Source of the DNA: Haliotis rubra
Lineage: Eukaryota
DNA length: 64,000 bases
NCBI RefSeq assembly: GCF_003918875.1
Contig: NW_025765507.1
Span: 1 to 64,000 of the forward strand
Direction of reading: 5' to 3'
Positions 52,631 through 64,000 of this stretch are shown here, in pieces. The position numbers and the translations under genes were made by a program. How positions within the stretch are numbered: position 1 is the first letter of the stretch; each line of letters begins with the position of its first letter. The notes beneath the pieces were generated by a model. It saw only the letters and a program-made list of their open reading frames with translations, was not told the DNA's origin and did no database searches.

Positions 52631-55600
52631 TCAGCACCATCCGGGGCTCCAGACGTTCCCGAATTTTTTAGGGTTAGATGCAGGATCATGAGGCGGGAAG
52701 AGGGCGGGGACCATCTGCTTCCGGTAGTCGTCTATCCGGGCTCTTAGTTGGTCAACAATCTCCGGCTTTATTGATGACATGTCGTAACGCTCAGTGGGAT
52801 CAGCTGCAGATGGACAAGGGGATATTCACATGATGACAGACAGCATCAGACAGGGAAAGTGTACACACAGATGACGGACATGTATTTGAATAATTACATT
52901 CTCGTATATATATTGAGCCTGGTGAATCCTCATTACAACATTACCAGAAAAACTGACTGACTGAGTTTGGTTTACGCCGCTTTTAGCAATATTCCAGCAA
53001 CATCACGGCGGGGGGACACCAGAAATGGGCTTCACGCATTGTACCTATGTGGGGATTCGAACCCGGGTCTTCGGCGTGACGAGCCAACGCTTTAACCACT
53101 AGGCTATCCCACCGCCCCGTTACCAGTTAAAAGTATAATGTATAAGGACATGATTTCCTTCTGCACCTACATTGTACGTTGAAGAGACGCGCGGGGTTAT
53201 CGCCTTTAAAGTAGATGAAGGAATCAAAAAGGTAATCCTGTGTCTTGTTCATAGGCTCGTGCCAGCCATCGGGTGTTCCTGGATAACCCAATATCAGCTT
53301 GTAGTCTCCAACCCTGTGAACAAAGAAAAGCACATAGGACCAGTTCACTTCTGAGTATTATTGTTAGATATTTTGGAATGATGGAAAAAACATGAAGATT
53401 TTGCATTTCCATGGCTATATCTTGCTCTCGAATTGTTACATAGGCATGGATCGGTACAGATTGGTATGTCTCTCACGTGTTCATCACGAGTGTTGATATT
53501 TAATCTGCTAAAGAATTTCTAAATAGTTGCTGTAATTTAATACATAACAGTATTTACCTTATTGCAGCATGTCCTTCAAGGGCAGGTTCAAAGTCATCAA
53601 GGTTGTATATGAACTCGGTCCTATGGGAGGACCATTGATCCCCATTCCTGATAGATTCCCAGTGGCTAATACCGTCGATTGATGTCTCTGCAACAGGTTG
53701 AATTGAGTTTAGGTTAACGCCGTCTCCTCTATCAGTACAATTTATTGGATTATGTGATATTCCTTTGTTGTGGTCTCAAATCACATATGTGCCGCATTCT
53801 AGGTTCTGGGGAAATGCTGGAATTCTAATGACTATTTCTAGGCGCTATGGACAAATGTACATGAGTTGTCTGTTTATCATGAATGTATTGCCGTAAAGAG
53901 CTTGTTTACATCAGTAACTGGAAACACTGTTTGGAAATGTCAGACTGAGTGGAACTCAAAAGTAATGCTGGAAATGACAGGGCTGCAAGATGATTATGTA
54001 TATTGTGGACGCCTGCGTAATATTACAAGCGTACACGTACGTACTGTTGACTCATATAGTTCTTTGCAGAAACTGAATATATAAACAGGACCCGTGGAAT
54101 TCAAGGCCAGAGCTGACTTTGAGCAACCTATGCTTGCTGTAAGAGGCGATGAATGAGATCAAGTGTCAGGAATGATTTGGTTGATGTTCACGTTCTCCCC
54201 CACACAAGCAATAAACTAAAGTCCTCATTACCAGGAGATCCACCAGCTGCAGACACCAATGTGGGCTTCCAGTCTACAGCATGCAGCATTCTGAAAATGT
54301 GATTACCGGACTGCTAAAGGTTTTTATATATGTATATACTATGTTCAGTCTATTTAACTAGACATCTTAGCTCTGGAATAGTTAATTCCCATTCAACTCC
54401 TTTAAGATAATGACATTTTCCTCAAAGATGTCGAACATTGAATTGATGGCATCTACGAACCCGTTATAAGTTGTGTTGGTTTTCTTCAAACCGGCGCCAT
54501 ACATGAAGGATGTCCCCCTCGTGCCCCCCTCCCAGATTGTGTGCTTCCCTCCTCTCAGAGGCCAGTTGCTGGCATAGGCTTCTACAGGACCGCCATTCTG
54601 AAATGATATGAAACTCCACACTCAATTTAGTACTGCTGTTACTGTTCCACTGCATACTGAGGTGTAATTGATTTCTGAAATACATATTGTGCTGCATTAT
54701 CACTGAAACAAAACCACTTTCGTCGGGTATTTGTTTGATTGACGTTGTATTCACAAGCCACCCATTCAACATTGTTTTGTTAGACTTATAGATGTAGAGA
54801 TTATAACTGTATATGCGTTCATAGATTTTGTTTTCTTACATCAGCTGTAAACAGAATGAGTGTGTTTTCAAACAACCCCTTCTCTTTGAGAGCACTTGTT
54901 ACGTTCCCAACTGCTTCGTCGAGGGCAGATACCATTCCTAAAAAGAGAAAATATGATCATGAGCACCTTGATGCCATAACATGTGTTTATGGGATGATAA
55001 AGTCGCTAGTGTTTTGATCGCTGACAGTATACAGCACGTATACATAATGTATCAGTGAGCGAGTGAATTCTGTAAATAATCGAGTCTGGACCAGACATTC
55101 CAGTGATCAACAGCATGAGCATCGATCTGGGCAATTGTGAACCGGTTACATGTCTCAACCAAGTCAGCGAGTTGCCTCTTACGACAAGCATGGGTTACTT
55201 AAGATCAATATTCTAACCCGGACCTTCACGAGTTTCATTATGTTAATCTGCAAATAGAGTCATATGTGTTATTGTATCGTTACTTTGTTTATTGGGATAA
55301 GTGATTCTTATGCCTAACTGAACTACCTTGGAATGATTTCATTCAAATCTGTGACATGATATTCTGAGTTCCATACACGTAAAACAGACCATATGTGGCA
55401 CTTAACCCTCATTTCAACGTAATGAAAGAAAGGGTTTCTAAACTTTATCCTGCAGTTCAGTGTGACCAAAGCGTAAACATTCAGAAACTATATTTTAATA
55501 AACCAACTCATGTGATTGAAGTTATCAGTTCGATCCATTTAAAGATCCTCATAGCATGGCAGCCGTGAGGTGACCGTAACTGAAACATCGCATTCCAGAT

Positions 55601-58600
55601 TGTTTAAAAATGTCAACTGGATAAACTTTTCTCGGTCTGTTAGTACTATTGACTGAGACATTGCTTGATTGGCTAAAGGAATTCCACGCCGATACGTCCA
55701 TATTTTCCTGCTTAGTGCAGAGACGCATAATGCTTAAAGGCCGGGTGGGACAACTTAGGAATGGCCAGCGAGTCCTAACTTGACACACAGAAGGAAGCGA
55801 GCTACAAAGACATAATTTATATCATTGGAAAGATCTCGAGGAGATGAACCCAAAAAAGTTCATGTGCCAGTGCGCTCACGTGTTCATAAGCTCACAAATG
55901 GGCTCTGAAAATGCATTTCTGCAGAAATTACTGGCAGAATTATTTTTTTCCGCAGAAATTTCTGGCAGATTTTTTTTTTACCGCAGAAATTTCTGGCAGA
56001 ATTTTTTTTTCCCGCAGAAATTTCTGGCAGAAATTTTCATTTCACTACCAGAATTGTCTTAATTGAAAATAATTAGACACCATCTTTGGATAATTCAATA
56101 TGGACTTTCTTCAAATGATGTTGTTTTCTCCTGTAAACAACTTCAAGTGGGAGGGATAATGGTTCCCAGAAGTAGATCGCCGCACAAATCTTACAAGGCA
56201 TATTTTAACATCTTATCAAGACGAAATGAAATGAAAATAATTTGATGATTTCTTTATACATCGTTTATTCACACTCTGTATTACATGAGTTTCATTGCGC
56301 TAAGTTGTAGTCATTTCATCTCTGACATGAGTCCCGTTGTCCCTTTGGTATGGTTTATGTATCTCTATTGTTTGTAGAGTCAGTCGAACTGTACATTGGA
56401 ACACTAAATTGTATATGGCAGATGTGTAATCTTGAAACCACAATGAAGCTGTTTTTCAAACAGTCTTGCAATAATCGAATCAGGATTAGGTGTCTTCCCC
56501 TTAAGACGACATTTGGTATTACAGTGAAAATCCTTTGATGTTTCGCCGAGGTAGACTCGTGTTGTTTTAATGGATTAGTGAGGTGGGTTATACTATAAAC
56601 TGAACTGCATAACGAAATCGGTGTTCATTTTCATGATATCAACTCACATTGTAATATGAACATGATATCAACTCACTGGTTGTTGATTTCCATTGGTATC
56701 AACTCACTGCTTATTGACTGACATTGATTGATTTCAGCTCACTGCTTATTGACTGACATTGATTGATTTCAACTCACGACTAACTGATTGCCTTTGACAC
56801 TGATTTTAAATCACTAATGATTTGTTTGCTTATTGATTGACATTGATTTATTTCAACTCACTACTACTGATTGCCTTTGACACTGATTTTAATTCACTAT
56901 ATTATTTGTTGATATTTACTCACTAGTTATTATTGGTATATATCCTGCTTATCCGCAATCCAATGCATCACTTTCGAAATGGCAAATCAGCAGTTAGAGT
57001 GCAAGTTCATTCCAACTTCACGTGGAGGAAGGTGTCTCTGTATAGATAGGATACATGTTTAGAGTGAGCCGCAAACACAATGCTGCATCGCGGATATCAT
57101 GGATGTGCCTAGATAAGAACTGCACTTAAACTATTTCTACAGTTGAATGCTGACATTCAAATGTATATAAATTATTGTTATCGATAAACTTGTCACGGAT
57201 AAAAATGTCATATATGTGTTTTAAAGGGGTGTAAATAATGGTTCGTGGGAGTATTTCATTTATTTACCGGTTAACAATTTAGTATCATCCATCTGCTTAA
57301 AATCACACAGAACCTCCGTGTTCTCCAGAGGCAGTCGACTTGAAAATCCTTGCATGCTTCACTGATTTGTTGTTTTAAACATCACAGTTGTCGTCTTCCG
57401 GGAATGAACTAACAGAACGAATCTTCCATAGGTAGTAGGTGAGTGTTTAGGTCAAGGGTTCTGATTACAGTATTATAATGTTGTGAACTGAGACAGGGAT
57501 GTATGTATATACATATTGTATAAAACTTGAAATGTTTCACTTCTTCAAATCCTGCATTATGTTGTGTAATAACGTAATGCGGGTAGAAAACATGTGTTCT
57601 AGACAGCAGTAATAAACGATCCCGACAAATACCATCCTGTGTAAATACTCGTAATGGCTAATTATTTGGGAGAGTGTGTATTTGACCGTCCTTTCACCTG
57701 TATCAGATAATTTATGAGACACCTGCGTGTGGGCCACTTCTTGTTTATTTTAGGTAATTAGCAATCAGTGTGATCAACTGATCTGGATCTGATCTTGTTG
57801 GGTTTGGGGTATTTGCATCAGAATGACAATAACTGATTCATAATCAGGAAACTAAAACTATATACACTTCTGTTATTACCTCAAAGACCGGTTTGAGGAA
57901 TTTAAGCAATTCATATCATCATGACATTAGATGTTTTGGTTCAGTTCTGTGTTGGACCTATTCGATACACTATGTTTCAGGTGTACGAGGTCAGATAAAG
58001 TAGGTTGTATATATATATACAAATTATACAACAACGTCATGAACAGCAATTATGATTGTATGTTTCATTGGCATTCTAGCATGCGGCTTCTTAATAGCAA
58101 CTTCTTGTTCTTTGCATAAAGCAACGTGTGACGAGTAGTGACTGACGAAGGGTACTACATACCATAGCCTACGAAGAGCTGACCAAGCTATAGACTTCAA
58201 TCAGCACCCGTTTTTTTATGACTGTTTTTACAACTTAATCCGTCCTGCTTATCGGCTTCATGGCTGTGCTATTTATTGTTCTTACTTCCCACCTGGCCTC
58301 GTCCAATTATCTACCCCTTGTTATTCAAGTACACGATGTTTGTCACAGCATTCGATCATTCTAATCACTTGGTTTTTGTCACCGTTAGCTTGAACATGGT
58401 GTGAGAACCTACAAAGAAACGTTGCTCTATGCAATTAACAAGAAGTTGCTATCAAAAAGACCGTATGCTTTTATTAGCAATTTTGCTGTCGCATTCCTGG
58501 GAAATTAGAGACAATTGTGAATGTCGAGTCACCACTGATTTTTTTTAAATGATGTTAGTCACCCAGGATTCCTACAAAATATCGTGTTAAATTGTTTGAA

Positions 58601-61600
58601 AATATACCAGTCCTAATGATTCATTCATCCACATCTCTAAGACTTGTTTACCTAACACTGCCGCTGCAATAAACAACCTATACATTGGATCAGTAAAAGA
58701 GCAAAACTTGCTTATGAAAATATCTCTTCAGGTAATGTGTTGAAACGGCTGGTTTGTGCACATAGATAGTGCTAAACATAATGTACCATTGCACAAATGA
58801 AATGCATAAAGTCGGTATTTTGAAGTCAGTGGTCCAACAAACTATAATGTCTACGTTCTATCGAAAAGGTATCAAAATTTTCTTAGATAAAATGGTGAAT
58901 GAAACTTGATGAATACGTTTGGAAAGAGCTACGATATATACCTGCAAAACGCAGAGGTTGTTCGAGATTTATACAGTATTGTGATTTAAACAGTATTTTT
59001 TAAAATTTCCATTAATGTTTACATTTTTCATAATACACGACATGACAAAATGGAAATAGGATTAGCAAACAGGCCATATGGCCTATGTCAATGCTTCTCC
59101 GCATATAGTTCGTTATTATCTTGACTTAATTCTATGGAGCAGACATTAGGACATTAATGAATGAATCAAAACAAAAGAAAATAAAGAAAAGAAAATAAAG
59201 AACAAGACACCAAGTGCATTTTATGTTTATAGGTTGTTACTTGAATTCCGTAAAGCGGTTAGTTTCAGTTATATAATTCTGAACGGATTTTATAAGGTTT
59301 TCATTGTCTAAAGGAGATAAATCGTCATTGCCGTGAAGTATAGTATATATGCTGAGGTGGTTAAGGACAAAGTATCTCCTCGATGAATTTTCACATTGTT
59401 TTGTCACTGAACAACACGCTCCATGCTGTTGCTACCGAGATCATAATATATAGATCTTATCTATTTTATGATTTGTGTTGTAATACGAGTGTGAAAGGAA
59501 ACGATTAATCATACAATAATATCATGAGAAAATATACCAATCACGAATTAAACGCATATGATTTGCACACCACCATATGATTTTAGAGCCTCACGTTAGT
59601 GACTTAAATTCATATCGTTCTTTCAACACATTTTCGCTTCATGGATGACAACGTCTATATTATATAGGATTGTACCGTTGTCAAGCGAGACTGAGGTGCT
59701 GTAGCAGACTTATATATACATCAACATGGATTAAGCAGTTCAAATCCGCGGACACAAGCCCTCCATCAACAGAGATGAAGGATATCTCATCCCATCTGCA
59801 TACAATGAACTGAGAGCAACAACTTAGCAGAGCATTCCAGCCATGTATATTTTCTACTTCTTGGACATTTGACTTCCTCCTGTTGTCACTGCTTTATTAC
59901 CACTATCCTATAGTTGTTGCTGTTAATCCCTTTGATGCACGCCTACATGTTGTTTTACTTATTCCCTGTAAAGTCTGATCTGTGCAAAGAGTGGGCACCT
60001 GCTCCTTTTGATAATTATGATTACCCCCTCTCTAATAGAGTTTTGTCATTTGCAATGAATTATAGTAACCCTTATCGTAGATTACCCAGCAACATATGTT
60101 TGCTTGGACACTGAGCCGTTGCCTACCTTTTCCTGTACCACATAAAATCTGCATGGTATGCCGGTTGATATTGTTATTTGAAATCGGCAGACAATGCACA
60201 CCTGTTGTTGCTGCAGGACAATGAATATTTCCGATACGACATTGTAAGTACTTGGGGGTGCAGACATATGACTTAAATATGTTTGCGCATGCTGCTTAAT
60301 AGCATATTTGTGTAATACCACAATATACATGGATAAACTATCAAACTATGCATCGTTTAGAAAAAAAGTATTTTGAATACATGAAAGAGAATATTTATAA
60401 AGTTATGACTTGTGAAATTTAATTGTGCGGACCAAATGTATGTTTCATTACAAAGTTCTCTGTTAATGTCTTCCTACAATCAACAAAATATCATCATCTG
60501 GTGTTTAACTGAACCGATAAAACCTACTGGATAGAACCCAAAAGACGTGTATTGTCCATGCGGCACCACCCGACATTGTTTTGGTGTTTTCCCTGAGTGG
60601 CCGCTCTCTGGATTACGCAATTGTTAATTGCTGTGGCCACCAGGGACAACCGAACCGGGACGGTGGCCGCTTGTAGGGACAGCCCATAAACAACAAATTA
60701 TCAGGTGTGAAAACAATTAGATTTTCTCGGGTATTGTCACTTTGAACAGTGATACATTGTCGCTTAGGTATTGTTTATCATCTCAGTTCGGTACGCTGGT
60801 CATGTTGAGCGTGTTGATGGAGGCATTTCTAGGAATATGTAAATGATAAAATATTGTTATTATGTATCTAGTATGTGTCCAAACATATTGAATGCATTTA
60901 TATTTATAGGAAAAGACTGAGGGTTTTTCATGTTGTTCAGAATATATGCTAATAATAAGCGTTCAATGATTTGAATACATGAATTCATTCACCTAAACTA
61001 TATACAATGTATATAGAGAGATGATATATATGCCAGGGTAGAGATTGCAAGCAGAGTCAGTACTGGTAGAAACTTATTATATAGAATAACCTATGCAATT
61101 GCAATCTCTACCAGTGGAAGCTCCATTCTGATCCTACATATGATTTTTCATATGTGAAACCATAGTTTGTATCAACAAAATGGTCATGATTAGGACATTA
61201 TCAATTAATGCAATTTGTATTAAAGTGAGATACATTGATATGGAATTATTTGAATTTCTTTACATTTTTCACATATTAAAATAACATGCATAACAAATGA
61301 ATATTATTGTTCAGCAAATAAAGTGTTGTTTGCCTACAGAACAATCAGGGTTTCTACCAGTTGAATTGGAAATTGTACTGGTAGAATCGCATCTGACAGG
61401 TAGGATCCGATTTCAATCTCTACTAGTAGGATACTGGTAAAGACTGCGAAGTCTCTACTGGTAGAATCTCCGATCAGATCGCAATCTCAACCCTGACAAA
61501 TATTTATATATATATATAGGACACATATTTCTCCGAGAGGATCTATCTCTGAAACATTTGGCAACAGGGCTAATGTCTAACATGAAATGACTGTAACTTC

Positions 61601-62742
61601 GTCCAGTGAAACTCATGTTATACAGAACGTGAATAAAAGATGTATAAAAAAAATCACCATATTATTTTTATTTTCATTTCGTCTTGATAAGATGTTAAAA
61701 TATGCGTTGTAAGATTTGTGCGGCGATCTACTTCTGGGAACCATTATCCCCTCCCACTTGAAGTTGTTTACAGGAGAAAGTAACATCATTTAAATAAAGT
61801 CCATATTGAATTATCCTAAAATGGTGTCTAATATTTTTCAATTAAGACAATTCTGGTAGTGAAATAAAAATTTCTGCCAGAAATTTCTGCGGAAAAAAAA
61901 AAAATTCTGCCAGAAATTTCTGCGGTAAAAAAAAAATCTGCCAGAAATTTCTGCGGAAAAAGTTAATTCTGCCAGTAATTTCTGCAGAAATGCATTTTCA
62001 GAGCCCATTTGTGAGCTTATGAACACGTGCGCGCACTGGCACATGAACTTTTTTGAGTTCATCTCCCCGAGATCTTTCCAATGATATAAAATATGTTTTT
62101 GTAGCTCGCTTCCTTCTATGTGTCAAGTTAGGACTCGCTGGCCATTCCCAAGTTGTCCCACCCGGCCTTCTTACAACAAGTTCCATTCGTTCACTCAACT
62201 TTGGAGTTGGAATAGCGAACAGGCAGAGGAATGTACGTGTAGTTACAGTTTGAAGAAGTTCGGATTACCTGAAAATGTTCTGCGGCCTTCGTTTATCACA
62301 TTTGGGTACATGTTGTAGTACTTTTCGGGAACCTGAATGTGGAACGATCAGCCAATAAGAATATGAATCTTAAAGAATTATTGAAGAAAGTGACACGTTT
62401 GATGATTGTATCAGTTCTTTCCATGAAAAAATCCCACTTAAATATTTGATTATGTTCTATGCAAACACATTTGCATTAAAACCCGAAAAGATATTGTACG
62501 ATTTAGTCGTGTCCTATCAAGTTTAGATATAATGTCACATCATACAGTTTAATACACAAGTGCAAGGTTCGTAGTTCGAAAAGTAATAGCTTTATTCAAT
62601 CCGACTGTTTGCAAAGAAATCAGTTGAAATGCTACTTTACCTCAATCGGAGCATGTACATTCTGATAGGGCAGGTACATAAACAGAGGCTGGGAGACGTT
62701 GTGTTGGTTGATGATGTCAATAGCTTTCTGGGCGAATGTATA
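52631..62742 (-). CDS. ARSB: Arylsulfatase B-like gene F, exons 7-14 (5' exons beyond gap/window)
   Basis: Exons 62742-62641, 62332-62269, 54937-54840, 54597-54461, 54290-54232, 53687-53558 (6 nt longer than in D/E, in frame), 53313-53171 and 52803-52631 (WSPGWC*). All in frame. Confidence 0.9.
52952..53118 (-). mobile_element. tRNA-derived SINE, family 1 (full length)
   Basis: Complete head to tail; TTACCAG on both flanks. Confidence 0.85.
56979..57145 (+). pseudogene. FLYWCH zinc-finger remnant
   Basis: MANQQLECKFIPTSRGGRCLCID/GYMFRVSRKHNAASRISWMCLDKNCT*TIST, with one frameshift and one stop. Confidence 0.6.
59735..59816 (+). mobile_element. Penelope-like GIY-YIG endonuclease C-terminal remnant
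   Basis: AVQIRGHKPSINRDEGYLIPSAYNEL resembles the PLE EA.xI...PSLNRDxG motif. Confidence 0.55.
61034..61495. mobile_element. Small nested TIR element (hAT-like termini CAGGG..CCCTG)
   Basis: CAGGGTAGAGATTGC / GCAATCTCAACCCTG termini and repeated TACTGGTAGA motifs; no TSD found. Confidence 0.45.
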
Positions 62743-62955
62743 CTGAAACAGAGAGATGGAATGGGTACATCGGATACAAGTTTTCTCTCTGCTTCAACCT
62801 GATGAGTCCGGAAACACTAGGTGGCATATGTTTTGCATTTTGCGTGGGGAGCGATGGGGCAGCGTAGAGATTCCAACGTTTGGTCGTCACACCGAAGGCA
62901 AGGTTAAATTCTTTACTTCCCCAGTGTGTGGTTGCTGAGATGATGCTGGAATGCT

Positions 62956-63658
62956 NNNNNNNNNNNNNNNNNNNNNNNNNNNNNNNNNNNNNNNNNNNNN
63001 NNNNNNNNNNNNNNNNNNNNNNNNNNNNNNNNNNNNNNNNNNNNNNNNNNNNNNNNNNNNNNNNNNNNNNNNNNNNNNNNNNNNNNNNNNNNNNNNNNNN
63101 NNNNNNNNNNNNNNNNNNNNNNNNNNNNNNNNNNNNNNNNNNNNNNNNNNNNNNNNNNNNNNNNNNNNNNNNNNNNNNNNNNNNNNNNNNNNNNNNNNNN
63201 NNNNNNNNNNNNNNNNNNNNNNNNNNNNNNNNNNNNNNNNNNNNNNNNNNNNNNNNNNNNNNNNNNNNNNNNNNNNNNNNNNNNNNNNNNNNNNNNNNNN
63301 NNNNNNNNNNNNNNNNNNNNNNNNNNNNNNNNNNNNNNNNNNNNNNNNNNNNNNNNNNNNNNNNNNNNNNNNNNNNNNNNNNNNNNNNNNNNNNNNNNNN
63401 NNNNNNNNNNNNNNNNNNNNNNNNNNNNNNNNNNNNNNNNNNNNNNNNNNNNNNNNNNNNNNNNNNNNNNNNNNNNNNNNNNNNNNNNNNNNNNNNNNNN
63501 NNNNNNNNNNNNNNNNNNNNNNNNNNNNNNNNNNNNNNNNNNNNNNNNNNNNNNNNNNNNNNNNNNNNNNNNNNNNNNNNNNNNNNNNNNNNNNNNNNNN
63601 NNNNNNNNNNNNNNNNNNNNNNNNNNNNNNNNNNNNNNNNNNNNNNNNNNNNNNNNNN
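62956..63658. other. Assembly gap (N run)
   Basis: About 700 Ns inside intron 6 of gene F. Confidence 0.99.
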
Positions 63659-64000
63659 GCACAAAGTCGGATCTGGGAAAGATTGTATTATGATACCATC
63701 CAAAGCAGTCACCTCAGTCTGACATCCTAATCCAATTTGTCAACACTTCAGCCAGCTTACTGACTCAGGTTCCATCATCCACAACGTCTTTAAGAAAGTT
63801 GCCTAATTTAAAAAAGTGTCATATTTGGGATTACACTTTCTCCATAAAGTACAAATTGTAGTATTTTTGCGTGGTTGAGTCGATTCGAATCCATATTCAT
63901 AGATTTAACCCTTTTAACAGCCTACCTCCTGTACCCCTCTGACATGTGTAAGTTGGCATTGCTCCAGTGCCAAAAACTATGAGTACAACATGCCTTTCAG

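Larger units (their letters stand above)
55738..62168. mobile_element. 6.4-kb DNA transposon with about 600-bp TIRs in intron 8 of gene F (Mutator/Phantom-like)
   Basis: 55738-~56340 is the inverted copy of ~61560-62168 (AGGCCGGGTGGGACAACTT..); the TIRs contain GCAGAAATTTCTGGC subrepeats; there is an internal FLYWCH-like remnant. Confidence 0.85.

Noticed and set aside
55844-56062. Paired ORFs MNPKKFMCQ.. / MNSKKFMCQ.. (also 61838-62062)
   Set aside because: They are translations of the two TIRs of the transposon, not genes.
58141-58170. CTGACGAAGGGTACTACATACC hammerhead-like half
   Set aside because: A hairpin is present, but the GAAA core and stem III are missing.
62795-62830. CTGATGAGTCCGGAAAC hammerhead-like core
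   Set aside because: No closable stem II (G rather than C precedes GAAA), and no NUH triplet or stem I found.
62717-63730. Long ORFs of 249-331 aa
   Set aside because: Artefacts of translating through the N gap.

Overview
Eukaryotic, intron-rich genomic DNA, probably molluscan or abalone-like (inferred only from the style of its SINEs and LINEs). The window holds a tandem cluster of at least six arylsulfatase B-like genes (formylglycine-dependent S1 sulfatases) sharing a 14-coding-exon structure. A, B and C lie on + and D, E and F on -, meeting tail-to-tail across a TE-rich spacer at about 23.2-30.9 kb. D and E have complete, in-frame 14-exon CDSs (about 477-481 aa). F is in frame for all exons visible (7-14), with its 5' part beyond the N-gap and window end. 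A (5' part outside the window), B (exons 3-9 missing) and C carry indels or stops, many of them in homopolymers, so they may be pseudogenes or sequencing errors. A seventh, heavily decayed paralog lies at 12.5-13.6 kb. Introns and spacers contain tRNA-derived SINEs, an RNase H-bearing LINE family, Penelope-like fragments, a Harbinger-type Myb/SANT gene, a Sola-like non-autonomous element, a 6.4-kb long-TIR element with a FLYWCH remnant, a MITE and minisatellites. No CRISPR array, rRNA or real tRNA gene was seen, and I found no novel multi-gene system. The best candidates for new biology are the sulfatase expansion itself, a candidate alternative exon 4, shared GC splice donors, and a minisatellite born at a LINE junction.
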